DNA from: Promethearchaeota archaeon | GTDB lineage: Archaea; Asgardarchaeota; Lokiarchaeia; Sigyniarchaeales; SOKP01 | Length of the DNA stretch: 64,000 nt | Direction of reading: 5' to 3' | NCBI GenBank assembly: GCA_048941015.1 | Contig: JBHLNZ010000003.1 | Coordinates: forward strand, 32,001 to 96,000 | Shown: positions 1-10,151 of the stretch, in pieces | How positions within the stretch are numbered: position 1 is the first letter of the stretch | How the letters are laid out: every line of letters starts with the position of its first letter | Position numbers and translations under genes: made by a program | Notes under the pieces: generated by a model | Seen by the model: only the letters and a program-made list of their open reading frames with translations | Database searches by the model: none | Told to the model about the DNA's origin: nothing

Positions 1-130
1 TTCTGTACTAAAATACGTGTAAAAATAGAGAAACATATTAGATTTGTTAATCATTTTTGATAAACCATATTTTTTATTAAAAGGTTTAAGAAGAAATTTA
101 AAAACTCATATCTTTAACCACATATCAAAG

Positions 131-164
131 TAAAAAATAAAATAGAGAACCCAAAAAGGATTCT
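131..164 (-). terminator. Hairpin plus U-rich terminator after the micro-ORF
   Basis: AGAATCC-TTTTT-GGGTTCT stem (one G-U) followed by CTATTTTATTTTTT. Confidence 0.5.
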
Positions 165-172
165 ATGATCAT

Positions 173-202
173 CTATGCTCCAGTTTCTCCTGAATATGGC
201 AT
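173..202 (-). CDS. Putative 9-aa micropeptide MPYSGETGA
   Basis: ATG 202 to TAG 173; GAGGAGGT SD 8 nt upstream (218-211); TTTAAAAA box at 259-252; hairpin plus U-tract downstream. Confidence 0.5.
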   Translation of the reverse strand: MPYSGETGA

Positions 203-366
203 AATACCTTACCTCCTCATATGAGTTAGTAGATATTATTCTATAAGTTTGTTTTTAAAGTCCGCTATTATTATATTACAGAAAAAACAAATATAAGATA
301 TGATTATTTAAATTAATAAAAAATTAATAAGATTACATTTTTAATGATATTAAGTAATAGATTTGA

Positions 367-3300
367 ATGCCTGCTCAATTTGACCATGAAACTTTAGAGG
401 AATTATCTAAAGGGAAAAATTTAAAGCAATTAGAAAGTATTTTCAATAATTTAATAGATGAAATAGTTAGTTATATCAAACTAAAGCCATTATATGAAAA
501 ATTTACAATTGAATTGAACAACAAAAATCTTAACCAAAAGGACTATGATGAAGAGATTCTTGATTTTGGGGTTAGAAGAGTTGTAAATAATAATAATTTA
601 ACAATTATATTTTCTAATAAATATTTAGTGTTTTTACCCTTTCTTTTACTACGAGAGGTATACTATTCATTTCTTCCTATAGACATGAGTGAAGTAATTA
701 AAGTATGTATTAATCAAATTATCGAAAACGACTTAAATCAATTAAGCTATTCTAAAGAATGGAAAAAAATTATTGGAGACGCTTTAGTTAAAAGGGATTT
801 TAGTAAAAAACTTGAACAATTTGACAAAATGCAAAAGTTCTTCAAAATAGAGGCCAAAGAACCATTTGAAGACACAATACAATTTTTTTTTAAATATCTC
901 AGAGAAAATCTAATATTAATTAAAAGTGGTAACGTAAAAGAGTTTTATGAAAGAATTTTCAACCAATATACATACAAGACATCTAAATCCATATTTAATA
1001 ACGAAATAATTGAAACTATAAGAGTATTAATATCCCTGAGAGAGATTTCTAATAATTATATAACATTAGCTGATTATTATTCTTTATTTAGTAAAAACAA
1101 AAACGATATTAAACCAAGTATAAGTCTAAGGCAATTTAAAGAAAATATGAAATGGATTAATAAATGTTCTGCTATTGCTCCATCATATGACACTTTTTAT
1201 GGTAGATTGGGTTTATGTGCATTTTGTTGCTTTTTAAAATTTCATCCTCTTATTGAAAAGAGTAAAATTAAAAAATTACTTGAGCAATGGCAATTTTATC
1301 ACTCTCCTAAATTTACAGAAAATGCTTTTGCGACTGAAATTTCTCTGATTTTTTGGGTACCTAAGATATATTTGAACGATTTATTGAATTACTTTGAAAA
1401 GTTAGAAATTAAAGGATATTTAATTGATAAAGAAATCTATTATTTGCTAGATAATACTAATTTTCTAAATTTGAATTATTTTATTGATCCTTCTAATACA
1501 AAGAAAATCATAGATCCTAATTTTAAAGAATATAATAAAAAAAATGAAATAGAACATAAAATTGAATATGATATAGTTCCTTATTCTTATCCTTTGACTC
1601 TTTTTGAATTTTTAATTTTAGATCGGATTAGATATCTTTCTGTAACGGGATTAACGTTTGATAAAAGAATTGAAACTCTAAATGCAGTTAAAGATGACAT
1701 TGAAAATGAATTAAGAAAACAAAAAAAGTTTATCAATGAATTTAAAACAAATTTTAATTCAGTAATGATTAGTTCAGAATTAAAAGATAAGTTTTTACAA
1801 TTTATTGAAAAGAATCAATCAATAGGATTTTTCGAAACATATCATCGATTAGAAATACTTTTAACCTGCTTAAAAATATTGGAAATTGAAGTCTGGAAGC
1901 AAAATCTAAAGGCTAGTACTCATCTAATGCAGAAATATATAGAGGAGAATACCTTTTCAAAAAATTTAGAAATTAACATCCTCTTAAAAAATAAGTACAT
2001 CAGAGAAGCACTAAAGAAATTTATCACCAGATATTTCAATTCTCCTAAAACCTCAAGAAACTTTATATCTGAAATTCAAAAATTTTATAACATTCTAAAT
2101 TCATGTTTTAATCTTAAGATCTTTAATTTAAGTAATATTGGGAGAATTATCAAAGATAACTTAGTAGAAGATATCTTTAATAAAAAAACTGTAAAAATAG
2201 AAAATCTAAAAAAATCAACAACTTTGTATAAAATAACAAATCAAAAAATTGAATCGACAATAGAATCCTTTTTATCTCAAGATCCTCCCATAATAAAACC
2301 ATATTTAATTAATACTATTATAACAAGTGCTTTTGCAAAATATTATCCTATTTTTGTAATAATTGATAATAAGGAAAATAGAGAAAGGCTTGAAAACTTG
2401 AAATCGTATTTTCCAAGGATTTTTATCTACAAAATGTCAGAATTTACTACTAAAGCTGACTTTATATATATACTCTTTTATCTCGTGAATTTAAAAGAGA
2501 AAAAGCTACTTATAACCGCTTTGTATAATATATTCAAAGAATCAATTCACTTTTTAAAAAGGTATTTCTGGAGAGGAGTTGTAAGTGAAAGAAAATTTTT
2601 GCTAAGAGATTTCTATGACTTTGAAAACAATGAATTCTTTTATACGGATGATTTGTTTAATGAACTTTATAATTATTCTCTAAAAATCCTTGGCGATAAA
2701 TTAGAGTGGCCTAATAATCAAATAAACGAAAACTTAAGAGAATATTTATGGCCGAAAAATAAAAGTTTCAATGATTTAGTAAAAAAAGTAAAAAAAAGAA
2801 TATATCACCAAGAAATTGATTTTAATGTGAATAATCTTAATAATTTATTAGAATTTCAAAAAAATTTAGAGTCAACAATCCTTAATAATTCAAAATTTAG
2901 GGAAATAAAAAATAAACCATTCTTTAAAAAGTATGTAAAGTCAATAAAGTTAATTCCTTTATTTAGTAATTTTGGATTTTCTAATTATTTTTTATATATT
3001 CAACCTTTTGATTATAATTTTATTGATTTTAAACTTCTCTCAACTAATAGCTTTCAAGAAATCAAATATCCTGCTTCTATTGACTCCAATCAAATTATTT
3101 ATTACTCTTACATTTTCCCACATAGAAAGCCTAATAAAACATATCTTAATTGGCTAATTAAGTCTAAGAAGAATATTAGTGAATATTGTTTGTTTTATAA
3201 AAAAAAAATTTATGAATTAATGAATTTCAATCGTAACTTAACCAAACTTGGCTGGGATTATTCTTCCATTCGATTTAAATCTTATGTGGAAAATGTCTTA

Positions 3301-3999
3301 TTTGATCGCTCATACAATCCAAAATTTTCAAATATAAAAGAGTTTAATTTAGATTCAATAAATTTATCAGATATTTTCTATCCTGAGTCTCAAGAATTTA
3401 ATGCTTTGACTCACATATATAATACATATTCAATTGATATTAAATCATATTTGGGCACCAAAAAATACACGACAATAGACCAGATTAAATATCTTCTTAA
3501 GAGGAAATTAATTTTTCCGTATCTTTCATTAAAAAACCTAGATTTTGAAGAAAAAATTTTAATAATTTTACCCAATATTATGAAGAAATTTAATGAGGAA
3601 CTTATTAAAATATTTAGCTTCTTTAATTTATGTCATATATATGAAATCGAAGGTGAATTTTTCATTTATGGATTTGAAGATATCAAACAATTTGAAAATG
3701 GTCTTTTAATTGAAATTTGGTTTCCAAAGTGTGAATTGGATGAATTTTTTGAAGTTTTTGACCTTATTTTCGAATATTTCAAAATTAAACATTATCTTAT
3801 CTTAACTGACTTAGTAGATGGAAAACACTTACTTAAGTCCGTTTATGGGAATTTGAAGTTTTTAGAAGAGTACAATCCTTTAAAAAATCTTATTTGGAAC
3901 GATAAAGATAAAATTTGGATGAATCATAAACTATTTAATGAAAAATTTGAACCATTTTATCCAGATTTAATTTATGGAAATAAAAAAGAAGAGACTTAA
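367..3999 (+). CDS. Large hypothetical protein (1210 aa), probably several degenerate Lrp/AsnC-like (wHTH + RAM) modules
   Basis: Long ORF; about four recurring helix / LG-FG / alternating beta-alpha segments; the fold call is inference. Confidence 0.6.
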   Translation: MPAQFDHETLEELSKGKNLKQLESIFNNLIDEIVSYIKLKPLYEKFTIELNNKNLNQKDYDEEILDFGVRRVVNNNNLTIIFSNKYLVFLPFLLLREVYYSFLPIDMSEVIKVCINQIIENDLNQLSYSKEWKKIIGDALVKRDFSKKLEQFDKMQKFFKIEAKEPFEDTIQFFFKYLRENLILIKSGNVKEFYERIFNQYTYKTSKSIFNNEIIETIRVLISLREISNNYITLADYYSLFSKNKNDIKPSISLRQFKENMKWINKCSAIAPSYDTFYGRLGLCAFCCFLKFHPLIEKSKIKKLLEQWQFYHSPKFTENAFATEISLIFWVPKIYLNDLLNYFEKLEIKGYLIDKEIYYLLDNTNFLNLNYFIDPSNTKKIIDPNFKEYNKKNEIEHKIEYDIVPYSYPLTLFEFLILDRIRYLSVTGLTFDKRIETLNAVKDDIENELRKQKKFINEFKTNFNSVMISSELKDKFLQFIEKNQSIGFFETYHRLEILLTCLKILEIEVWKQNLKASTHLMQKYIEENTFSKNLEINILLKNKYIREALKKFITRYFNSPKTSRNFISEIQKFYNILNSCFNLKIFNLSNIGRIIKDNLVEDIFNKKTVKIENLKKSTTLYKITNQKIESTIESFLSQDPPIIKPYLINTIITSAFAKYYPIFVIIDNKENRERLENLKSYFPRIFIYKMSEFTTKADFIYILFYLVNLKEKKLLITALYNIFKESIHFLKRYFWRGVVSERKFLLRDFYDFENNEFFYTDDLFNELYNYSLKILGDKLEWPNNQINENLREYLWPKNKSFNDLVKKVKKRIYHQEIDFNVNNLNNLLEFQKNLESTILNNSKFREIKNKPFFKKYVKSIKLIPLFSNFGFSNYFLYIQPFDYNFIDFKLLSTNSFQEIKYPASIDSNQIIYYSYIFPHRKPNKTYLNWLIKSKKNISEYCLFYKKKIYELMNFNRNLTKLGWDYSSIRFKSYVENVLFDRSYNPKFSNIKEFNLDSINLSDIFYPESQEFNALTHIYNTYSIDIKSYLGTKKYTTIDQIKYLLKRKLIFPYLSLKNLDFEEKILIILPNIMKKFNEELIKIFSFFNLCHIYEIEGEFFIYGFEDIKQFENGLLIEIWFPKCELDEFFEVFDLIFEYFKIKHYLILTDLVDGKHLLKSVYGNLKFLEEYNPLKNLIWNDKDKIWMNHKLFNEKFEPFYPDLIYGNKKEET

Positions 4000-4046
4000 T
4001 ATTTACCTAAGAATATATGTCCTAAAATTTAGTAAAATCCAAATAT

Positions 4047-4496
4047 TCATTTAAAATAATTAGGAAGAAGCACGATACAGTTAAATTTATTAAGATAAGC
4101 AATTAAATAATTAATTAATCGTTTAATATCGCGTTTAGTTTCGGTAGCATTTGCATTAATGTAATCTGCGAAAGCTTTTGGTCCAATTGCTACTAATAAG
4201 CCAGATAGATCGCTTTCTCTCTTTATAAAATACCAAAAGGTATTATCTTTTTCATTATCCTTTACCAAAAGTAGCATCCAAGGATTTAGAGTCCAATCTT
4301 CTCCCTCAGGATTAATTACCTTTTCTATTGCGTTTCCAGTTGTATATTTTTTAGACATTTTAATAGCTTTTATAAGACTATTAAAGAAGCTTCTTTTAAT
4401 CTTTAAATATCCATCAAAGTAACTACTTGCATCATATAAATCTAAATTCTCAATGTTTTCATCTGAATATTTAATCAAAACTTTCCATGTCTTCAT
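4047..4496 (-). CDS. Hypothetical protein
   Basis: 149-aa ORF, co-oriented at the end of the rnp3-rnp2 run. Confidence 0.75.
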   Translation of the reverse strand: MKTWKVLIKYSDENIENLDLYDASSYFDGYLKIKRSFFNSLIKAIKMSKKYTTGNAIEKVINPEGEDWTLNPWMLLLVKDNEKDNTFWYFIKRESDLSGLLVAIGPKAFADYINANATETKRDIKRLINYLIAYLNKFNCIVLLPNYFK

Positions 4497-4513
4497 GAGT
4501 TCATATTTTAAAA

Positions 4514-4939
4514 TTATTTTGTACTAATTTCTTCTATATCTGTTACCTTGGATATATTTTTAAATTTATCTAAAGCGATTTTTAAATCTTTATATCTTTC
4601 ATCATTAGAGTTTAAATTAAGGTAGCATTCATAGATAATTTCATTTCCTTTGAGAATTAAACCAGAAGTATGGATTATTTCAAATTTTTGAAGCTCTTCA
4701 ATAAATTTTTCTAACTCTTTACTTTTTATATTTACTCCCATTGAAAAGATCTTAATAATTCTTTCTTTTTTAACTGGATATATCGTTAATCTCATGAACT
4801 TCTTAATATTTGATTGAATTATTAATAAAAATGGAAACCCAACTGAAGTATTCTTTTTTGGCAGATCTATTAATAAATTTAAAGGTAAAGACTTATCATA
4901 TCGTTTAATATAGGCTTTAGAAAAATGTTGTTTCTCCAT
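4514..4939 (-). CDS. Hypothetical protein, possible C-terminal ACT-like domain
   Basis: 141-aa ORF; beta-alpha-beta-beta-alpha-beta hydrophobic pattern in the C-terminal half. Confidence 0.65.
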   Translation of the reverse strand: MEKQHFSKAYIKRYDKSLPLNLLIDLPKKNTSVGFPFLLIIQSNIKKFMRLTIYPVKKERIIKIFSMGVNIKSKELEKFIEELQKFEIIHTSGLILKGNEIIYECYLNLNSNDERYKDLKIALDKFKNISKVTDIEEISTK

Positions 4940-4971
4940 TTTTTTGTTAACTCTTTCTTTTTCAAATTTTA

Positions 4972-5316
4972 TTAAATCTTTTTATTAATTATTAAATCTT
5001 TCCATCTTTTTATAACTTTAATAGTACCTGAAGTTTTTATTGGAGAAAATATTACCCGCTTTCCAGATATCTCTTGTATCAAAGTTAAGGAAGATATTAT
5101 AATTTCTTTAGTTTTATTTGAGCATCTTATTATACCATAATTCTTTATTAAATCTAATTCTAATAACCATAACCCTGCTTTATTTGCTCCTTTTAATCCA
5201 AAATATCTCCATATTGATGTCCAAATTGATTTTAAAATTTCATTTCGCTCTAATTTGTCCTTTTCTTCTTTGATAATTATAAAAAGTATATATCTACTAC
5301 GTTCTAATTTTCCTAT
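4972..5316 (-). CDS. rnp2: RNase P protein component 2 (Pop5/Rpp14 family), non-canonical ATA/ATT start; absent from the ORF track
   Basis: Translated by hand: IGKLERSRYILF...IWRYFGLKGANKAGLWL...GIIRC...IKTSGTIK, the Pop5 motifs; directly after rnp3; SD GAGGGGA; no in-frame ATG/GTG/TTG back to the stop at 5353-5355. Confidence 0.9.
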   Translation of the reverse strand: MGKLERSRYILFIIIKEEKDKLERNEILKSIWTSIWRYFGLKGANKAGLWLLELDLIKNYGIIRCSNKTKEIIISSLTLIQEISGKRVIFSPIKTSGTIKVIKRWKDLIINKKI

Positions 5317-5318
5317 AA

Positions 5319-6041
5319 TTAATCCCCTCTCTCTATAATTCGGACCCCTGTCTCAATTGAATTTTTATCTAGACGTGAATTTACTTTATCTAACAGTTTC
5401 AACACGTTGTCAGAGAATCCTTGCTTTGCTCTGTTTAACGACATCCCTAATAAAGTATTACAAATGCTAATTAGAGCCCTTGGATTACGTATATCAAAGG
5501 GATCATCGAAATTTCCACAGATAATATAGTTATCTTTTAATTTTGCGATAAATTGAGTAAAGCGATATAAATTTCTGAAATGCTTTGACTGTATTGCCTT
5601 ATTTTTAACCAAAAGTGGAGCCAATGCAAATTCTATAAAACTTTTATTTTGATTCGCTAAAGAAATCACTCCAGGAGTTATTGTTTTGAGTAATTCTGGT
5701 TCTGAAAAAGAAATCACATCAATTCTAGAATCTTTAGCAGCTTGAAGTTGAATTTCTTTTTCCTGGGTCTCAACCGATAAGATATATGGAAAGGCTTTAA
5801 AACGCTCTAGCTCTTTCTTAAATTCACGTAATGAATTTGGCTTTAAATTAAAACGGTAAAAAATATTTATTGAGGTTGCATTTTCAATTTTGTTCATTAA
5901 ATCATGATCTATTCTTTCGTTACTATTTTCAGGTTCTAAAATTAAATTTTTTATACCTAAAATTTCACAAAATTCAATCTTTTTCTTAATCTCATTGAAG
6001 TTGCTAAAATCTACTCTTAATCTAGACTCAAAATAAGACAA
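5319..6041 (-). CDS. rnp3: RNase P protein component 3 (Rpp30/Rpp1)
   Basis: AAKDSRIDVI, IEF, DPFDIRNPRALIS motifs; adjacent to Pop5. Confidence 0.88.
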   Translation of the reverse strand: MSYFESRLRVDFSNFNEIKKKIEFCEILGIKNLILEPENSNERIDHDLMNKIENATSINIFYRFNLKPNSLREFKKELERFKAFPYILSVETQEKEIQLQAAKDSRIDVISFSEPELLKTITPGVISLANQNKSFIEFALAPLLVKNKAIQSKHFRNLYRFTQFIAKLKDNYIICGNFDDPFDIRNPRALISICNTLLGMSLNRAKQGFSDNVLKLLDKVNSRLDKNSIETGVRIIERGD

Positions 6042-6177
6042 TTAATTTGAAACCTCTGAGATACTTTTAAATCATTAAAACATTAGTTAAAGAATGGTAA
6101 GTATTGTTATAATAATAAAATTTTATTATAAATGAATATTTTGCATGATTAAAGATTCTAACAATTGAGTAGTTTTA

Positions 6178-7467
6178 TTGCCTAAACAAAGAAAGCTTTC
6201 TGAAATCAGGAAAAAGATTAAAAGTGGAACTGCTAATGTAATTACGGTACAAGAATTTATAGATCGTATAGACAGTGGTGAAAAAGTTAAATTTGAAGAT
6301 GTAGATGTAGTAACTACCGCAACGAAAGGATTAATGAGCGGTATAATGGGCGTTTTCTCATTTCGATTGTCGCCTCCAAAGACATTAAGAAAATTTACTG
6401 AAATTACTATAAATGGAATTCCATCATTTCCCGGACCATGCCCGAATGAATATCTCGGTATTGCTGATTTAATAGTGTATGGTACCGCACAAAGTAGAAC
6501 AAGGGAGAATTATTGTGGTGGTTCTCTTTTTAGGGAGTTGGTCGAAGGGAAGACCGTAGAGATAATAGCAAAAAGTAGTGAGGGTGAAAGAGTTGAAATG
6601 TCTTTAACCTTAGAAGAAATGCAATTTGCTAAACTCATGGGAACCCGTCAAGCGATAAAGAATTATAACGCAATGATCAACTGTGAAACTTATAAAGTAG
6701 ATACTATATTTTCTTGTCTCCCGTTTCAACCGAATAAAACTGAAATCACCTTTTCTGGGTGTGGTGCTTTGAATCCTTTTGAAAATGATCCAGATTTTCT
6801 CTCATATGGTGTTGGTACACCTATCTTAGTTAATGGAAGTATTGGTTATCTTATGGGCCCAGGAACTCGAAATTATATTGAAAAGCCTAATATGATGACT
6901 ATTGCTCCAATGCTGAACATGCAACCAAGATTTATGGGAGCTTTTAAGACTTCATACGGTTTAGAGCCAATTTGTAGTATTGCTGTACCTATTCCAATAT
7001 TAAATGAAAAAATTTTTAATAACATTATCAAATCTGATAAAGATGTGAAATTAACTATTCTAAGTCTTGTTGGAAGAGAAAAGGTTGGTGAAATTACTTA
7101 TGGAGATGTTTGGGACAATAATTTCCTATTAAAATTTGATCCTGAGGCATGTAAAAATTGTGAACAATGTAAAGTAATAGATTTTTGCCCAACAAATGCT
7201 TTTATTGTTAAAAAGGGCTTAGTTTCAGCAATAGATAGAGCTCGTTGTTTCAATTGCGGTACCTGCATTAAATTATGTCCTGATGCTTTCAAATTAAATT
7301 TAAAATCAGTTAAATTTGAAGGCAAAGATGTTCCAATTGTACTTAGACAATCAGATAGGTATGGTGCAATCATTTTAGCAGAAGAATTAAAATCTCAAAT
7401 TCTTAAAGGAGAATTTCCAATAAGAAAGCCTACGGGAAAATTAGATTTCGCTGAGTATATAAAATAA
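6178..7467 (+). CDS. DUF39/HcyBio-family sulfurtransferase with C-terminal 2[4Fe-4S] ferredoxin (methanogenesis marker 16-like)
   Basis: DVDVVTTAT, GPCPNEYLG, SGCGALNP; CxxCxxC...CP and CxxCxxCxxxCP motifs. Confidence 0.85.
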   Translation: MPKQRKLSEIRKKIKSGTANVITVQEFIDRIDSGEKVKFEDVDVVTTATKGLMSGIMGVFSFRLSPPKTLRKFTEITINGIPSFPGPCPNEYLGIADLIVYGTAQSRTRENYCGGSLFRELVEGKTVEIIAKSSEGERVEMSLTLEEMQFAKLMGTRQAIKNYNAMINCETYKVDTIFSCLPFQPNKTEITFSGCGALNPFENDPDFLSYGVGTPILVNGSIGYLMGPGTRNYIEKPNMMTIAPMLNMQPRFMGAFKTSYGLEPICSIAVPIPILNEKIFNNIIKSDKDVKLTILSLVGREKVGEITYGDVWDNNFLLKFDPEACKNCEQCKVIDFCPTNAFIVKKGLVSAIDRARCFNCGTCIKLCPDAFKLNLKSVKFEGKDVPIVLRQSDRYGAIILAEELKSQILKGEFPIRKPTGKLDFAEYIK

Positions 7468-7590
7468 ATTGATTATTGATACTTATAGAACACTTAGATT
7501 TTGTTTAGGATTGTTCTCTTTTTATTTAGATATAAATGTAAAAAATCTTTTTATAATAAAATTTAACTTTCATTATTAATACTCGTTTAT

Positions 7591-9327
7591 ATGTCAAAAC
7601 AAGTTAGCAATGGCGGAGATTTATTAGTCAAATGCCTTATAAATGAAGGAATTACCAAAATGTTTGGAATTGTTGGCGGAGAACTAACCCGAATTTACGA
7701 TGCTATTGAACGATGGGGGAGAGAAGAGGGCATAGATACTGTAATGGTTCGACATGAACAAGCGGGAGGTCATATGGCAGACGCTTGGGCTAGAACAACA
7801 GGAAAAATTGGAGTTTGCCTTGGCACTGCGGGACCAGGTGTTTCTCATCTTATTCCTGCCGTAGCAGCAGCAAATGCAGACTCAATTCCAATGCTAGTTA
7901 TAGGAGCACAAATTGCACGTATGTTTGATGATTCAGGAATCCTGCAGGGTGGATTGGATCAGATGAGTTTAATGAGACCAATAACAAAATTACAAATTTC
8001 TGTTGAGGAACCTTATGAAATTCCATTTGCTGTACAAAGATGTGTTAAAACAGCAATCTCAGGAAGAAAAGGCCCTGTTTTTCTAGAATTAAGAGAAACT
8101 GCTTTAGTTAGGACTGCTACGGAGGAAGATATGAATAAGATATTGAAACCAGAAAAATATAGACCTAATAACAGACCTTATGGAGATCATGAGATGATAA
8201 ATAATGCATTAAAAATTCTAAAAAATGCTAAGAGGCCCATCATAATTGCTGGAGGAGGAACGATCGCAGCGGAAGCTTCAGAGGATTTAATTAAGCTTTC
8301 TGAAGCCTATAAGATTCCTGCTTTAACTACAGTTATGGGTATTGGTGCGATTAGTTACAATCACAATACATATGCCGGGTCCTATCCCTTATCTAGTACT
8401 TACCGTAGAGCTGCTTCAGAAGCAGATGTTGTTGTAGCGATTGGTTGTAAATGGGATTACACTACAATATATGGGACAGCTCCGGTATGGAATCAAGAGC
8501 AGAAAATTGTACAAATTGATATAGATCCTAAAGAAATTGGAAAAAATAGACCCGTTGAAGTTGGCATTATTGGAGATGCGAAGGCAGTTATAAATCAATT
8601 TCTTAATAGTATGGAAAAAAATCTACCTAAAGAAAAAATAACTGAATGGTCTGAATGGAATGAATATTTACAGGCAGCTCGTGAGAATGATCGAACCATT
8701 ATCCAAAACCTTAAACAATCAAACAAAATTCCAATGAAACCTGAGAGACTTATTGTTGAAATATTAGAATTTATTCCACCCGAGACTCAGTTAGTTATTG
8801 ATGGGGGTGATATTGCTCTTTTTGCTTATGGTCTTATTTCAAATTATCATAGATATCCTAGGAGCACTTTCACTTCTATAGGAATGGGACATTTGGGTGT
8901 AGGAGTTTGTTATGCTATTGCAGCAAAATTAGCTAATCCTGATAAACCTGTAGTATGTATCAATGGGGATGGTAGTTTCTTATTCAATGTCCAGGAATTA
9001 GAAACAGCAGTAAGACTTAATTTACCCATAATTATTATAATTGGAAATAATTGCGCATGGGGGATGCTAAAAACATATCAAAAAAACAACCTAAAAAGAC
9101 GTTATTGTGATGTAGATCTTCCTTCCATTAATTACGCTGAGTTAGCTAAAGGTTTCGGCTGTTATGGTGAGAAAGTGGAGAAGCCAGAAGATATTAAACC
9201 TGCATTAAAAAGAGCAATTGCGTCAAAGAAACCTGCTGTGATTGATGTTAGCATTGCCTTCGGATCACCACCGGCCGGAAAATTTCTAGGATTATATAAA
9301 AAGAATAAGGGTTTATTCGGGAACTAA
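7591..9327 (+). CDS. Thiamine pyrophosphate-dependent enzyme (acetolactate synthase / 2-hydroxyacyl-CoA lyase-like)
   Basis: VRHEQAGGHMADAWAR, GPG and GDGSF...NN TPP motifs. Confidence 0.92.
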   Translation: MSKQVSNGGDLLVKCLINEGITKMFGIVGGELTRIYDAIERWGREEGIDTVMVRHEQAGGHMADAWARTTGKIGVCLGTAGPGVSHLIPAVAAANADSIPMLVIGAQIARMFDDSGILQGGLDQMSLMRPITKLQISVEEPYEIPFAVQRCVKTAISGRKGPVFLELRETALVRTATEEDMNKILKPEKYRPNNRPYGDHEMINNALKILKNAKRPIIIAGGGTIAAEASEDLIKLSEAYKIPALTTVMGIGAISYNHNTYAGSYPLSSTYRRAASEADVVVAIGCKWDYTTIYGTAPVWNQEQKIVQIDIDPKEIGKNRPVEVGIIGDAKAVINQFLNSMEKNLPKEKITEWSEWNEYLQAARENDRTIIQNLKQSNKIPMKPERLIVEILEFIPPETQLVIDGGDIALFAYGLISNYHRYPRSTFTSIGMGHLGVGVCYAIAAKLANPDKPVVCINGDGSFLFNVQELETAVRLNLPIIIIIGNNCAWGMLKTYQKNNLKRRYCDVDLPSINYAELAKGFGCYGEKVEKPEDIKPALKRAIASKKPAVIDVSIAFGSPPAGKFLGLYKKNKGLFGN

Positions 9328-9347
9328 AAATTGTAAGGTGGGAAATT

Positions 9348-10151
9348 GTGTCAAAAGAACAATTTTTAAAAGGAAAAGTTGCTCTGATAACGGGAGCTGG
9401 AAGTGGTTTTGGTAGGGAAATGGCAAAAAAATTCGCCAGAACAGGAGCTGATTTAGTGTTAAACGACATTAATATGTTAGGATTAGAGGAAACTCAGGAA
9501 ATTATATTAAAAGATTGTGATGTTGATATCCTTTTAGCAAAAGCAGACATTTCAAATTCAAATGAAGTAAAACAAATGGTAGATGATGTTTTTAAGAAGT
9601 TTGATAACATTTTTCTATTGGTTAACAATGCAGGTATCGATAGTGGATTGTATACTTCATTAAAATCTAAAGAAGAATCTTATGATAAAGTTATGGCGGT
9701 AAATGTTAAGGGAGCTTGGAATGTAACAAAAGCATTTTTTAGAAGGATGAAAAGACAAAAACAATTTAAGCCTATTGTCGGAAAAATTATTAATATAGCA
9801 TCATGTGCAGGAACCGAAAATGGTTTAAATCCTTATTTTGGAATATACAGTGCAAGTAAAGCTGCGCTTATTGCTTTCACTAAATTATGGGCTCTTGAAT
9901 TAGGATCTAGCAATATTACAGTAAATGCAATTTCACCGGGGATTTTCTTGACTCCTATATATAAAAATGATCCAAAGCTAATAAGAATGCTTATGGAAAC
10001 AAGAGGAATAAAATTGCCCATAGATAGAATAGGAGAAGCTAAAGATGTAGCTGATGTTGCTTTATTTTTAGCATCACCCGCAGCGGATTATATTACAGGA
10101 CAAAATATCATTTTAGATGGAGGAATGACCTTAAGTATAAATAAATTATAG
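9348..10151 (+). CDS. SDR family NAD(P)-dependent oxidoreductase
   Basis: TGAGSGFG, NNAG, YSASK, NAISPG. Confidence 0.95.
   Translation: MSKEQFLKGKVALITGAGSGFGREMAKKFARTGADLVLNDINMLGLEETQEIILKDCDVDILLAKADISNSNEVKQMVDDVFKKFDNIFLLVNNAGIDSGLYTSLKSKEESYDKVMAVNVKGAWNVTKAFFRRMKRQKQFKPIVGKIINIASCAGTENGLNPYFGIYSASKAALIAFTKLWALELGSSNITVNAISPGIFLTPIYKNDPKLIRMLMETRGIKLPIDRIGEAKDVADVALFLASPAADYITGQNIILDGGMTLSINKL

Noticed and set aside
125-175. Pyrrolysine or other read-through of the micro-ORF TAG into MIIESFLGSLFYFLL
   Set aside because: No pyl genes in the window; the extension coincides with the hairpin/U-tract, which explains its composition
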